From Candidatus Bathyarchaeota archaeon (GTDB taxonomy: Archaea; Thermoproteota; Bathyarchaeia; Bathyarchaeales; Bathycorpusculaceae), in the NCBI GenBank assembly GCA_963811105.1, contig CAWEPZ010000002.1, forward strand, positions 416,001 to 480,000: 64,000 nucleotides of DNA, in the 5' to 3' direction. Below are positions 20,354 through 31,639 of this stretch, one piece after another. Under the pieces are notes generated by a model. It was not told the origin of the DNA and searched no databases. It saw only the letters and a list, made by a program, of their open reading frames with translations. Made by a program: the position numbers and the translations under genes. Positions within the stretch are counted from its first letter, which is position 1. Each line of letters opens with the position of its first letter.

Positions 20354-20602
20354 TTATGGCTTAGCTAAAACACCGACTACTTTGATCCTTTCCAGGACAT
20401 CTTCGGCGTGAGGGGCAATGTCCATCTGCTCCGTTAAATCTTCGCCCGCTCCATGACCTAAGTGATCCCCTCCTATCCACTGGGAGGAGTCGGTCACATC
20501 GTAGACCTTACCTTTGTAAGCAACATATGCAGACTTGTCCTCTTTTCCATTAAACGTACTTAATTCTTGAATAGTGAATTCGTGTTCTTTTTCTCGGTCC
20601 AT
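20354..20602 (-). CDS. cytochrome b5-like heme/steroid-binding protein
   Basis: FTIQEL..FNG..AYVAYKGKVYDVT..W..GDH..H.AG.DLT..APH. Confidence 0.9.
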   Translation of the reverse strand: MDREKEHEFTIQELSTFNGKEDKSAYVAYKGKVYDVTDSSQWIGGDHLGHGAGEDLTEQMDIAPHAEDVLERIKVVGVLAKP

Positions 20603-20785
20603 GTGCTTTCATCTCGTATGTTTGGTTAATATTCAACATTATATTAACTTTGGAAGCAATAACTCTCTGTTGTTGCTAATTAGCAATCACACAAAACAAA
20701 ATCAATCTGTTAACTACTTCTCACATAATTTATGGTTCTAATTTATCTTCTTTTGCTATAACGATTACAGACAAATTCTGAACTC

Positions 20786-21010
20786 TTAACAAAATTTCTT
20801 ATTCAACGCGTCAGCTTTTGAACCACCATGTAAAGCTATAAGATCAGCTATCTCAGCTCTCTGCATTTCTTCTTCTGTTTTTGGATCAATTCCACCTTGA
20901 ACGTTTAGTTCGCTTGGATCGACAGTCTCTTCTTTCTTGGAAATGAAGATACAGTTGTAACAGTTGGTTCCAATAACTTTTTGTTGTCCCATAAAAAAAA
21001 TCCATATCAA
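20786..21010 (-). CDS. hypothetical protein
   Basis: 74-aa ORF co-oriented with its neighbours; CYNC motif. Confidence 0.4.
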   Translation of the reverse strand: MIWIFFMGQQKVIGTNCYNCIFISKKEETVDPSELNVQGGIDPKTEEEMQRAEIADLIALHGGSKADALNKKFC

Positions 21011-21060
21011 ATTACCTCAGTGTCCAATTTAAGGAATGCGTCAAATCGCTCTACATTGTT

Positions 21061-21828
21061 TTAAGCTATAATTTTGGTAAGAAACAATACTAAAAAAAAT
21101 CCAATTAGGAAGAAACTGATCGTAACGATTGGGCGATTCATTCTATAGGCATCAGGTAGGAGCGTTCCCCCACCTATGTAAAAGAAGCTACCGACTAGAA
21201 AGGATAAAGAAAAAACTAAAAAATATTCCTGAATTGCACCAAAAAGAGTGGCGGCAGCACCTATAACTGGAGCTATGGCGTCCACAAATAGCAGTCTAAT
21301 GGAAGATTTTAATGAATTGCCAGAATTTAGCATAAGAGCTAATGTACTTATGCCATCGCAAAAATCATGCGAAACCACTGCTATCGCCACAACTATTCCT
21401 AAGCCCAATTGAAGTTGAAAGCTTAAACCTATCGCAAGACCTTCAAGAAATCCATGCGAACAAAACTCCAATGTAGCGAGCAATCCAATTCTCGGCTGAA
21501 GACTACTTTTTGTCATTGTGTGCTTCTTAATGTGAAACATAGAGAAAACACGTTCAAGGGCAAAGAGAAAAACAAATCCGAAAGTACCTGTTAGCAGAAG
21601 TTTGTCTAAAGAGATTTGCGCTTTGGGTGCAAGTGTTAATATTTCGGGCAAAAGGTCGAATGATGCAAGTGCAATAAAGAAGCCCGCTGATAATGCACAA
21701 ACAATTCCAATGTTGGTCTTAAATTTTTTTATGAATATGCCTGCAGATAACGTTGCCACAAATGCTATACTAGCGGACAGTAGTATTGGCAGAGTATTCA
21801 TTTGGTTGATATCCTTAATTTGAGTCAA
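21061..21828 (-). CDS. ZIP-family metal transporter
   Basis: SAGFFIALASFDLLPE, HGFLEGLAIG, SHDFCDG. Confidence 0.9.
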   Translation of the reverse strand: MTQIKDINQMNTLPILLSASIAFVATLSAGIFIKKFKTNIGIVCALSAGFFIALASFDLLPEILTLAPKAQISLDKLLLTGTFGFVFLFALERVFSMFHIKKHTMTKSSLQPRIGLLATLEFCSHGFLEGLAIGLSFQLQLGLGIVVAIAVVSHDFCDGISTLALMLNSGNSLKSSIRLLFVDAIAPVIGAAATLFGAIQEYFLVFSLSFLVGSFFYIGGGTLLPDAYRMNRPIVTISFFLIGFFLVLFLTKIIA

Positions 21829-21832
21829 AAAT

Positions 21833-22384
21833 TTAGAAGTATTCTATGCTGCAGGCAAATGGTCGCGTTTCTGGGGTTCTGACTTCTTTGCTCTCAAGTA
21901 GGTCATCTAAAGCGTTTCGTAAATCACTTTTTGTTACTTTGGAAGGGTCACGAGAATCATCCACTCGTCCTCTATATCGCAGTTTCCTATGATTATCAAG
22001 AACAAACGCATGCAAGGTAACAAGGGCGCCGTAGCTTTTTGCAACTGATTGATCTTCATCTTTTATGTAAGGAAAATTAAGATGTCTGTCCTCTGCCATG
22101 TCAATCATTTGCGATAATGCTTCAGTTGAAAAAAAGTATTGGTTGTCCGAGTTTACGCCGATAAGCTGTACGCTTTTTGGTCCATATTCATTTTGGATTG
22201 CCTCTAGCCTATCGGTGTATACCCTTGCTGTTGGGCATCGATTAGCCATGAAGAGTAGAATTATTATTTGTTTGTCATCGAAGTTAGATAGTGAATATTT
22301 TTTGCCGTCAACCGCTGGCAAGTTTGTGAAGGATGGTGCTTTTTGCCCAATTTCGAATGGGTAAGTTATAGAAAAAAGGGCCAA
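21833..22384 (-). CDS. thioredoxin-fold AhpC/TSA-family protein
   Basis: IGQKAPSF..DGKKYSL, NRCP, FPYIKDEDQSVAKSYGA, YRGRVDD, CSI. Confidence 0.88.
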   Translation of the reverse strand: MALFSITYPFEIGQKAPSFTNLPAVDGKKYSLSNFDDKQIIILLFMANRCPTARVYTDRLEAIQNEYGPKSVQLIGVNSDNQYFFSTEALSQMIDMAEDRHLNFPYIKDEDQSVAKSYGALVTLHAFVLDNHRKLRYRGRVDDSRDPSKVTKSDLRNALDDLLESKEVRTPETRPFACSIEYF

Positions 22385-22405
22385 AACTGTAGTCTCACTG
22401 CTTTT

Positions 22406-22942
22406 TTAGAACTTGTTTGGGAATTGTTTGATTACGCCTTCGGAGAGAGTGTCTGCTATGAGCATGCCTTCTGTGAAGTACTCATCGAGTTTTTTGATGT
22501 CTTCTGAGTAGTTTTTGGATAGTCTTGCTGTCGCAAATTCTTTTATCAATTGCAAATGTAGATGCAGAAGATCTGCAGCATCTTTCTTTGGCCAATTTGG
22601 ATTAGCGGAAGCCAAAAAAGCCGCAATATCATCTGCGTTGGCAATCCATTTTTTGTCGCTTTCGGCGAATTTCTTTTGGTCACCAGACTTTGCTGCTGCC
22701 ACAACTTCTGTGGCAATTATTATGTGCTGTTTAAGAAGGTCGGTTAGTTTGTTTCCTGCTTCCTTTCCGTAGTATGGGACTATGGCGTTTCCAATGTCTT
22801 CTTGGTTTCTAAGTAATCTACCTGCAACGGTTTGGGCGTCTGGGATATCGGCGAAGGCTGAGGTGATGTATAGTCGTGTATATACAGTATGGTCCATCCA
22901 AAGTCTACGCATCGCTTGTTTGAGAGATTGACTTGCTGACAT
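22406..22942 (-). CDS. conserved all-helical protein (MRxLWxDH family)
   Basis: MRRLWMDHTVYTR, RLLRNQEDIGNAI.PYYG, His-rich helices, QFPNKF end. Confidence 0.75.
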   Translation of the reverse strand: MSASQSLKQAMRRLWMDHTVYTRLYITSAFADIPDAQTVAGRLLRNQEDIGNAIVPYYGKEAGNKLTDLLKQHIIIATEVVAAAKSGDQKKFAESDKKWIANADDIAAFLASANPNWPKKDAADLLHLHLQLIKEFATARLSKNYSEDIKKLDEYFTEGMLIADTLSEGVIKQFPNKF

Positions 22943-23025
22943 AAAATCACACGTGTGCAGAGGAAGAAAGGGCTATTTAAGCGGTTGTGGCTGTACGTAA
23001 ACAACAACAAAAGCGATTTTTTTGT

Positions 23026-23193
23026 TTATTTGTCCAAAATGCTTTTGGCATCTAACATGTATTTTTCAGGGTCTTCATCAAACTCTAACTTGCACATAGG
23101 TCCGCAGAAATAGTAAGTTTTGTCTTTGTACTCTGATTTCCATTTTGAAGTTTTCTCATCGACATTCATTCCACAAACAACATCTGTTTCCAA
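23026..23193 (-). CDS. YHS-domain protein (55 aa, not in ORF track)
   Basis: TTG start; METDVVCGMNVD...YKDKTYYFCGPMCKLEFDEDPEKY. Confidence 0.85.
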   Translation of the reverse strand: METDVVCGMNVDEKTSKWKSEYKDKTYYFCGPMCKLEFDEDPEKYMLDAKSILDK

Positions 23194-23422
23194 AAGTTTC
23201 CCTTGTCTTATATGAAAAGAAAGCGTTATTTCTTTTTCTATTCACAGGACCCTTGTTATCAATTCTCTGATGAATTAACGAAAGCATCTTCGAAGAATAG
23301 TTCTATTTAATGACCTCTTGACTTTTTGTATTTTGCTGCTTCTTGGTTTTTTTTGTTTGTAGTAGGTGGTTTGATAAGCCTACTCTTACTTGGCGTTTAC
23401 GCATTAAAAATAGTAAGTTGGG

Positions 23423-24532
23423 CATGACTTACTCCAAATGGGCAGGACGACCCACCTCAATCTGCGAAATAAATGGTATAACTGCTTAAGCGGTTTTAAT
23501 TTCCCATTTCAAACAAACTTTTTCGTGCCGTTACTTTGTAGGCTAGAATTATAGGCTTACTCTCAGCCTCTGTTGTGCTGTAAAAGCCAAACAGCATACG
23601 CGGAGGTGAAAGTAAGCCTGGAATACAATAATACAGCTTTCAATTTAGACTTAGCTGGGATCATCCAAGAAATCAACACCCAGTCAAAGCTGCAACTTAC
23701 ACAGCAAATCGAGAAATACCAACAACAAATAATAGCTTATCTCTGTGGTCCAAAGTACTCACGTAATCATACATTCAAGAGAGCAGGCACTTACACAAAA
23801 GAGTTAACGACCTCACTTGGAACCACTCGCTTCAAAGCGCAAAAAATCAGAAGAAGAACCGACAACACCCTCACTTGCCCCATCATTGAATGTTTAGATG
23901 TTAAACGACGTAGACGCCAACCATCTTCAACTTTGCATTCTACACGCAATTAAGTACTTGCTATTCACTCTGTGGGGCGAAGGCATGAGCAAAGATGACA
24001 GAGCAAAAGTCAAAGTCGCAGTAAAAGAAGCACTCTTCACTCTGGTAAACTCAACCAAGAAGCATCTGGAAGACAAAGACTACGATAGTCTGCAAGAGAG
24101 AATCGACAAAACTCTAAAGACGCTAAACGAAATGGCCAGACAACTACAAGACGACGGCTACAATAGGGCCGCAGAATTTCTAAAAAAGAACAGCCGGTTC
24201 GTCTTAACCTTTGCTCAGCTTGCGCTTTTGGGCATAAGGATACCCTACACTACTAACAAAATTGAACGGCTCATGGGAGAAGTCTCCAAACGCTGCAAAC
24301 ATAAGTGGATGCACTGGTCCACAGTAGGCCTCAAAGACATCCTTACAATCGTACTCGTAAGATACACAAACAAACCACTCTACGAAGACTTCAAAAAAGC
24401 ATATATCCACAACACAATCATTCACTAGAACAGCATACAGCACAACTCTAACCTACAACTGCACAGCACCAACTTTTTTGTTTTTGTTCATCAACCAACA
24501 AGGCTTCACCGTATTTTTCCAAGTAAGTCAGG
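23423..24532 (+). mobile_element. ISH6/IS256-like insertion sequence, internally deleted transposase pseudogene
   Basis: Fragments 23573-23953 (KRAGTY.K.LTTSLG) and 23898-24428 (LQLCILH, YTTNKIERLMGEVSKRCKHKWMHWS); imperfect ends CATGACTTACT / AGTAAGTCAGG. Confidence 0.7.
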
Positions 24533-24968
24533 TGTGCTCAGGTGGTTTAGTGATTGAGGATCGCCGATTTTTTTGGCATATATGCTTCACCCAGGCACTA
24601 AAGGCGCGTTCCTTATCAAGCGTGCAGCACACTGCTTGAAGCAGGGTCTCAAGCAGATATACACTATGATTTGGAATATGCGATAAAGTCTTGAAGGTCT
24701 AATAAACATTCAAATTTAGAGGCGATTTTTCTGGCGGTATCCAAACTGCTTTGCTTTTAACTGCCTCTCGCTTGGAAGTCAAAGGACAGGGTAAACCTAA
24801 AGCTTTAAGCAAGCTTTTCGCGGTTTTTCCAGTCTCTTCCATGCCGTCCCTGATTAGACCCACCCTTTACTTGCTTTTTGAAATAAGAGTGACTTTGTTG
24901 TCGTCTTGTCACAGTCACATATACTTAAGAAAGCTTGAACCCGCTTATAGATTGTTAAGGTGTAAATT

Positions 24969-25151
24969 ATGCGCAAAAAAGAAACTCAGCAGCCTCACAC
25001 GTCGGGAGCGCCGTCATCTCAAGAGATACCAATGAGTGGAATAGAACCAAGCCAGATTCCTTGTCCAGACTGCGGAAAAACCTTCAAGACCCACTCGGAA
25101 ATGGAGAGACACAGAGATACAACACACCATGAAACAAAAGGACACGAGTAA
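24969..25151 (+). CDS. small C2H2 zinc-finger protein
   Basis: CPDCGKTFKTHSEMERHRDTTH; possible start at 25032. Confidence 0.75.
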   Translation: MRKKETQQPHTSGAPSSQEIPMSGIEPSQIPCPDCGKTFKTHSEMERHRDTTHHETKGHE

Positions 25152-25342
25152 TAACCACTAAGTTAAAACTCAACAAAATCTGCAAATTCAAACGAACTTT
25201 TGGTCTTGACTAACGTTCGCCAAGGTCTCTTGACTAATTAGCAATTATTAATTATTTCAATGACTGGCTTAAGCGGATCCTCCGAAGGCAGACTTTCTGT
25301 GATTTGTAAGAGAATGATTCTATTTTTCAAGAATAGTCAAAA

Positions 25343-27085
25343 CTACGTTTTGCAGGCTAAGGGCAATCTAACTGTGAAAGTTGAACCTTTGCCCTTTTCA
25401 GACTCCACAGCAATGGTTCCGTTGTGTACTTGCACAAATTTTTGGCAAATCGCAAGTCCAATGCCCATACCCTTAATCTTTGTGGTATAGAATGGTTTGA
25501 ATAATTGTGCCCTGATTTCGTTTGGAATGCCTTTTCCTGTGTCTTTGAAAGCAACTTCAACAAAACCATTAAATTCTCCGGTGGTAATCGTAAGTATCCC
25601 GTTTTGGGACATGGCGTCCACCGCGTTTTCAATGAGGTTTTGGAACACACGATTTAATTGATTAGCATCTACTCTTAACAACGGCACTTGTTTAAATTGC
25701 CGCTGGACAGCTACCCCGTCGGGTATTTTCATGTTTCGCAGGCTTTCATCGATCAAAATGTTCATGTCTGCTTGACTACGCAAGGGTTCCCTGTCGGTTG
25801 TATAATCTTTTAATTCAAGAACGATGTTGTCAGCATATGCAAGACTCTCTTCTATGATGGTGAGCATTTTCTGAGCTTTGGCCATATCTGGAACAAAAGA
25901 TGAAGGCTTTGCATGCTGTATAACGCTTTTAGCAAGGTAAGTTGCGTTCCGTATATATTGCAAGGGATTGGCCAAATCATGCCCCACCATTGTTGCAGCC
26001 TCACCAACAGAGGCTAAGCGCTCTGCTTTGATTAGTTTTTCTTGCATTTGCTTTTGCGTAGTTATGTCATGAACTACACAAGTAAAGCCTAGATTTTGGC
26101 TTTGTTTACCTTCAACGGCAGAACCTGCGAATTCAACCATTCGAATCTCACCCGATTTTACCCTAAAAGCTACCTCAAAATCTTCAAGTTTTTTATCCTT
26201 TTTCAATGCCGCCAACGCAAACATTCCTTGATGCTCATCACTAAAAAAGTTGAATAATGATTTTCCATTCAATTCTTCAGGGGAAAAACTCGTCAATTCT
26301 ACAAACGAATTGTTAACTCGAAAAATAATGCCTTGGTTGTCGGTGAGGATAAGTGAATCTGGCATGATTTCAATGAGGTTTTCTGCGGCTAAAGCAGGGT
26401 TCAAACTAAACAGGTAATACTTCCATATTGCATAGCCCACAAAAATGCTCACAAACATCGTTGAAATATTGCCTAAGGGTAGATCGTTAATATTGAAATA
26501 TGGAGGAATTACTGTTGTGGCTATGTTTACGATAAAGGGGATTGCAAAACCTACTGTCACGAGTTTTATCGGGTCTTGGTTAAATTTTTCCTTTGTGCGA
26601 TAATAGTATTTTATGCATACAAAGAGGGATAGAACACCAAGTATCACACCCCAAATGTTTCCAATCACATAGAAGTAGGGATTTGATGGAACGCTATACG
26701 TGAAGCCGAAAAATTCAGAAATAATAGGTCCAGATATTAAACCAGTTGTTAAATCAAGAATGGATAGGAAAACTGCTGGAGCATAAATCACCGCGTAGCT
26801 TGCTTTATGGTTGAGTAACCTATTTTTAGTAAAAACTAAGCTGAAGTGAAACAGAAGTGCTAAGCTGAAAGGCCAAAGGAAACTTGTTTTGTTCCAGATG
26901 TGTGCTTCATTTGTGTTGACCGAGTTACGCATCAAGAAATCAGTAAGTGCCCAATAAGACGCGAAAAGAAAAGTAAGCGTAAAAAGCTTGTTTAATCTTT
27001 CTTTTCTGTTCAGTTGATAAACAAGGATCCCTATGACTAGGCATACTACACTTGAAAGCAGTAAGAGCCCCGTGTATATATTCAT
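25343..27085 (-). CDS. membrane sensor histidine kinase (7TM + PAS + HisKA + HATPase)
   Basis: Seven TM segments, PAS, MVGHDLANPL H-box, NLIENAVDAM, DTGKGI, GMGIGL. Confidence 0.93.
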   Translation of the reverse strand: MNIYTGLLLLSSVVCLVIGILVYQLNRKERLNKLFTLTFLFASYWALTDFLMRNSVNTNEAHIWNKTSFLWPFSLALLFHFSLVFTKNRLLNHKASYAVIYAPAVFLSILDLTTGLISGPIISEFFGFTYSVPSNPYFYVIGNIWGVILGVLSLFVCIKYYYRTKEKFNQDPIKLVTVGFAIPFIVNIATTVIPPYFNINDLPLGNISTMFVSIFVGYAIWKYYLFSLNPALAAENLIEIMPDSLILTDNQGIIFRVNNSFVELTSFSPEELNGKSLFNFFSDEHQGMFALAALKKDKKLEDFEVAFRVKSGEIRMVEFAGSAVEGKQSQNLGFTCVVHDITTQKQMQEKLIKAERLASVGEAATMVGHDLANPLQYIRNATYLAKSVIQHAKPSSFVPDMAKAQKMLTIIEESLAYADNIVLELKDYTTDREPLRSQADMNILIDESLRNMKIPDGVAVQRQFKQVPLLRVDANQLNRVFQNLIENAVDAMSQNGILTITTGEFNGFVEVAFKDTGKGIPNEIRAQLFKPFYTTKIKGMGIGLAICQKFVQVHNGTIAVESEKGKGSTFTVRLPLACKT

Positions 27086-27234
27086 CTATTCATTTCCCAA
27101 CTGTTTACTTTCGGATTTTTTATGTGGCTGAGGCATGCGCCAAACCAAATTAATTTCCTGTTTTTCTCTTTAAGTGTTAAGAGATTGATTCGAGTCGAAA
27201 CATACACTAGTCTTTGCAGACTTGATATCCCCGT

Positions 27235-30200
27235 TTATGCGGTTTGATAGTTTTCTTTTCCACTCTTGTTTAGTTTAGGAATGGTTATAGTGAATTTGGC
27301 TCCTTTGCTTGGTTCTCCGTTCTCTTCAATTCCCCAACCATAAACATCTATCATTTTTTTGGTTAGGAATAGCCCGAAGCCTGTGCTGCCGCCTGTGCTG
27401 AAGCCCTCCGAGAAGAGTTTAGGTTTATTCTCAGTTGAAATTCCTACACCGTCATCTTCATAAACCAATTTTAGGCTGTCTTGACTAGTTTTTTCGCAGT
27501 GCACTTTTATGGTTGTGGTTTTTTGTCCGTATTTACTTGTGTTGTCAATGAAATTGTAGAATAGTTGCCTTAGAAATGAATCTGCCAAAACTGTTAAGCC
27601 GTGGCATTCGTTTATTATTTTTGCAAGTGAGCCGGAGAAAAGGGTGGTTGCTTCGTTTAGTTTGGCCTCAACGTCGATGTACGTTAATTCTTCTGCGCCT
27701 AGTTGTTCATACATTTTGGCGAACTCAAAAATTCTAACCGTTTCCTTAACGGCCTGCTCCATCTTGCTGAGACCCTCCATAATGTCTGCTTGATCCGCGT
27801 GTTTTTTCTTAAGCAAATACGCATATCCAGTTACTGCAGAAAGCTTATTGCGGACATCATGTCTAGTTAAACTGCCCACCACACGCAACTTCTCATTCAT
27901 CAGCTCAATTCGTTGGTTGCTTTCTTCTAGTTTCTTCTCATTTTTTTTGCGTTCAGTAATGTCCACGAAGAATGCAACTGTCGAAACGAACTTCCCGTCC
28001 TTGAATATAGGGCAGGCGTTGCCACTTACGACAATCTCCTTCCCATCTTTAGTAACGAAAACAGTCTCAACGTCACGAATACATGTTCCATTCATGACTT
28101 GCTTAAAGACATTCATGCAATATTGAAGGTGATCTTTTTGAATCGTATTCATTATAGTGATCCCTTCAAGGTCCATGTCAGTGTAACCTAACGTTTTTTT
28201 CCATTCTTCATTAACAAAGACGTACTTGCCCTGAGCATCAACGGATTGAACAAGTACATTAGCCGCAGTAAGTAAAGTTCTGTGTTTTTCTTCAGCCTGC
28301 TTAAGATCCGCCTCAGCTTGTTTGCGTTCAATGGTTTTTCCTAATCGTTCTGCGACGACATTTATTAAATTTCTTTCTTCGATCATAAATGGGCCTTCAC
28401 CAACAACAGGCCTTTCTTCAAGGTAGCTGATCTCGACAAAACCGGTTCTTTTTCCATTTACATTAATGTCAGATTGCAGTATCCATTGCGTTTCATTGAA
28501 GTTTTTCGTTGAAAATGTTTGATTTTCAACAACTATTTTCGCGCAGGCAATATCAGGATACTGCATTGCAAGAGGAAGCAGTTTAACTGTTTCTATCAAA
28601 GCATTTTTTAATAAAACGTCTGATTTCTCAAAAATCTTTGAAATACCGTAAATGCAGTTGAGCTCTTTAACCCGCTCACCCATGTCATGAAGAAGCCTGC
28701 TTTGTTCGTCCTGAGCTTTCTTGAGTTCAGTGACGTCTCTAACTGTAGCTTGCAAAACATCTCGGTTATTTAAATGCAATCTAGTTAGAAGCACATCCGC
28801 TGGAAAAGTTGTTCCATCTGTTCGTTTATGAATCCAAAAGAAACTATCCTTGCCTGTCGACAGGGCTTTTTTGATGTGGTTATTTGCTAATTCAAGAGAA
28901 GATGAACCATCGGGCTGCAAAGTAGGTGACAAATCTGCCGGGTGGTTCTTCGTGAACTCTTCTACCGACGTATAGCCAAACAGTGACAGAGTGGCAGTGT
29001 TACAGTCAAAAAACCCTTTTTCGTCAAGCAGCATTAATGCATCCATTGATGACTCAAAAGTGGTTTCGTATTTCTCTTGACTTTCCCGTAGTTTCTCTTC
29101 CGCAGCTTTGCGCTCGGAGATATCTCTAGCTTCGCTTAAGACCAAATTTTGGTCGTCGAATTCGATGACTTGTGCATGTATTTCAACAGGTATTACTGTT
29201 TTGTCTTTGCACAAGTTCGCGGCTTCAAATGTAGCCTCGCCATTGTCGAGTAACTCTTTCATTTGAGATCCAAAAAATTCTGATTTGCTTGGTACCTCTA
29301 AGTCTTGAATGCTTAGCGCTTGGAATTCTTCTTTTGTATAGCCTCTTGTCTTGTGAGCTGCCTCGTTGAAATAGAAAAGTTTTCCATCTAAATCATGCAC
29401 CATTATCGAGTCTGAAGCTGCATCAAATAGATTTGCTGAAATATGCATCTCCATTTCCGCTAGCTTAAGTGTAGTTATGTCTTTGGCAATGTGAATAACC
29501 TGAGCGATTTCACCTCGGTCATCTAGAATAGGCGATGTAGTTACCAATAGTGGTATGCCTAAGTTTGGGTCGTTGACTTCTTCGGTGACTATTTGCTTTG
29601 TTTCAAAAGTTTTTGTAGCGGGACAATTACACCAAGGCGCCTTCGTGCCGTGTACGATTTCGTAACAATGCTTGCCAATTAATTCCTCAGGCTCTTTCTT
29701 AAAGGCATCACAGGTGGCTTTGTTAACTTTGGTGATAACCCGGTTCTTATCCATGACAAACAACAGGTCGCCAATACCATCAAAAATCCCGCGGATTTCA
29801 TTGGATTTGGCTTTCTCCTCTATTTCGCATTGTTTGCGTTCTGAGGTATCTCTGAAAAAACCTACCAAACATTCTTGGTTCCAAATACGTGACACTTTGC
29901 TAGTAACATCACAATAAACCACTTTTCCATCTTTTCTCAAAACTGGAATGTCGCTCGCAAGAATCACTTTTCCCTTAGTTTGGTTTGCAAACTCGCCAAC
30001 TGCATTAGACAAATCTTCTCTAGGATGAATATCATCCACCCCCAACAAGAGCAGTTCCTTCAACGAGTAACCTGTCAATTCACACATCGCGAAATTAGCA
30101 AAAACAAAACTCTTAGTCTTAACATCAGCAACTAGAATACCCTCAGACGCGCCTTCAAAGATTGTTCTAAAGCGCTCTTCCGACTCTCGCAACGCCTCTC

Positions 30201-31383
30201 TCTCCCTTTTCATTTCGCCCTCAGCTTTTTTGCGCTCTGCAATATTCCGGCTCACTCCCAGGAAGGCTTTGGGTTTTCCATCTCTGTTTCGAAGCACAGT
30301 GAAATTAACTTCGGTCCAAACTGTTGAGCCATCCTTACAATACTGTTCTAATTCATAATAGTTTGAAGGAACCGCTCCTGTTTCCCAAAAACGTTGCAAG
30401 TCTTCAAGAACTATTCGCGCAGAGTCTGGAGTTAAGGCTTCCACCATTGATTGACGTAATACATCGTCTGGGGCGTAGCCTCTTAGCTGTAAGACAGATG
30501 GGCTCACATATGTGAAACGGCCCTCTAAATCCATCGTCCAAATCACATCATGCACATTATCTGCTAGTAGACGATAGTGTGACTCGCTTTGAGTTATTGC
30601 CTCTTCAGCTTTCTTGGATTCGGTTATGTCTGTTAAGTTGCTTACGATTTGCTTTAATTTGCTGTTTTCCCATAACTGGGAAAAGGTGTGGTTAACCCAT
30701 TTTGTTTCGCCTTGTTTGGTTAAAATTCTGTATTCTAAGGTTTCACTTAACTTGGTTGTTAATGCCGATTGAAAGACTTTCTGCACTCTTTCAAGGTCAT
30801 CTGCGTGAATAATCCAAGGGATTTTCCCTACCAATTCGTTGGGTTCATAGCCTAAGACGTTTTTGCAAGATGGGCTTAAGAAAAGAACTACTCCGTCCGC
30901 TTGAGTGAGCATTATGACGTCTTTGCTGTTAGTTACCAAGTTCTTGAAGCGTTCTTCACTTTGCCTAAGCATCTCTTGCGCAATTCTTTTTTCAAAACTA
31001 TTTAAAATAACGTGTTTAAGTTCACCATAGACTGTCTCGGGGGTGCCTTGCTTGTTGATGTATCCGTCTGCGCCTAGGTTTAATGCTTCTACGGCTACTT
31101 CCTCTCTTCCTTTACCAGTAAAAAGTATAAAGGGAATTTCGTTTTTTGATTTACGCAACTCCATTAGGAATTGGAGCCCATCTTTTTTAGGCATCTCATA
31201 ATCAGAAACTACAACATCAAAATTTCCAGCTGCCAGTTTCTTGAAGGCATCCTCCACACAACACGCGTTGTCAATTTCAAAGTTGCCCATATCCATTAGA
31301 ATCTGCTTAGAAATCTCCAGCGAAGACGGGTCATCATCAACATGCAAAACATGAATAGCGCTATTTTTGTTTGACGGCGCCAA
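27235..31383 (-). CDS. hybrid receiver / multi-PAS / GAF-like histidine kinase
   Basis: REC (HVDDD, SDYEMP, FTGKG), about 7 PAS/PAC repeats, ERVKELNCIYGIS segment, TRHDVRNKL, DDGVGI, GFGLF. Confidence 0.93.
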   Translation of the reverse strand: MAPSNKNSAIHVLHVDDDPSSLEISKQILMDMGNFEIDNACCVEDAFKKLAAGNFDVVVSDYEMPKKDGLQFLMELRKSKNEIPFILFTGKGREEVAVEALNLGADGYINKQGTPETVYGELKHVILNSFEKRIAQEMLRQSEERFKNLVTNSKDVIMLTQADGVVLFLSPSCKNVLGYEPNELVGKIPWIIHADDLERVQKVFQSALTTKLSETLEYRILTKQGETKWVNHTFSQLWENSKLKQIVSNLTDITESKKAEEAITQSESHYRLLADNVHDVIWTMDLEGRFTYVSPSVLQLRGYAPDDVLRQSMVEALTPDSARIVLEDLQRFWETGAVPSNYYELEQYCKDGSTVWTEVNFTVLRNRDGKPKAFLGVSRNIAERKKAEGEMKREREALRESEERFRTIFEGASEGILVADVKTKSFVFANFAMCELTGYSLKELLLLGVDDIHPREDLSNAVGEFANQTKGKVILASDIPVLRKDGKVVYCDVTSKVSRIWNQECLVGFFRDTSERKQCEIEEKAKSNEIRGIFDGIGDLLFVMDKNRVITKVNKATCDAFKKEPEELIGKHCYEIVHGTKAPWCNCPATKTFETKQIVTEEVNDPNLGIPLLVTTSPILDDRGEIAQVIHIAKDITTLKLAEMEMHISANLFDAASDSIMVHDLDGKLFYFNEAAHKTRGYTKEEFQALSIQDLEVPSKSEFFGSQMKELLDNGEATFEAANLCKDKTVIPVEIHAQVIEFDDQNLVLSEARDISERKAAEEKLRESQEKYETTFESSMDALMLLDEKGFFDCNTATLSLFGYTSVEEFTKNHPADLSPTLQPDGSSSLELANNHIKKALSTGKDSFFWIHKRTDGTTFPADVLLTRLHLNNRDVLQATVRDVTELKKAQDEQSRLLHDMGERVKELNCIYGISKIFEKSDVLLKNALIETVKLLPLAMQYPDIACAKIVVENQTFSTKNFNETQWILQSDINVNGKRTGFVEISYLEERPVVGEGPFMIEERNLINVVAERLGKTIERKQAEADLKQAEEKHRTLLTAANVLVQSVDAQGKYVFVNEEWKKTLGYTDMDLEGITIMNTIQKDHLQYCMNVFKQVMNGTCIRDVETVFVTKDGKEIVVSGNACPIFKDGKFVSTVAFFVDITERKKNEKKLEESNQRIELMNEKLRVVGSLTRHDVRNKLSAVTGYAYLLKKKHADQADIMEGLSKMEQAVKETVRIFEFAKMYEQLGAEELTYIDVEAKLNEATTLFSGSLAKIINECHGLTVLADSFLRQLFYNFIDNTSKYGQKTTTIKVHCEKTSQDSLKLVYEDDGVGISTENKPKLFSEGFSTGGSTGFGLFLTKKMIDVYGWGIEENGEPSKGAKFTITIPKLNKSGKENYQTA

Positions 31384-31639
31384 ATCAGCTACTTCTACAC
31401 CTATTCCGTTCTGATCGAGGTGTTGTATTATCCTTACCCCAACTTAACTAGTTAATGAATTTGTAATAAGTCAGTTATGAATTTAGAATACTCAAACGCA
31501 GACTACTTCAATTAGAGACAGAATTGAAAAAGCATGCGTTTGCACGCTTATCGTGAAGGTTCTTAAAGAAAAAACTATAGTTTTTCGTTTCTTGCCTTAA
31601 CTTTCACTTTTTTTTAACATTGCTCATGGTCGCTGCATT

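Noticed and set aside
8753-23500. 14-bp inverted match ATTAAAACCGCTTA (8753) / TAAGCGGTTTTAAT (23487) as element ends
   Set aside because: Matches of this length are expected by chance in 64 kb of AT-rich DNA; no supporting TSD
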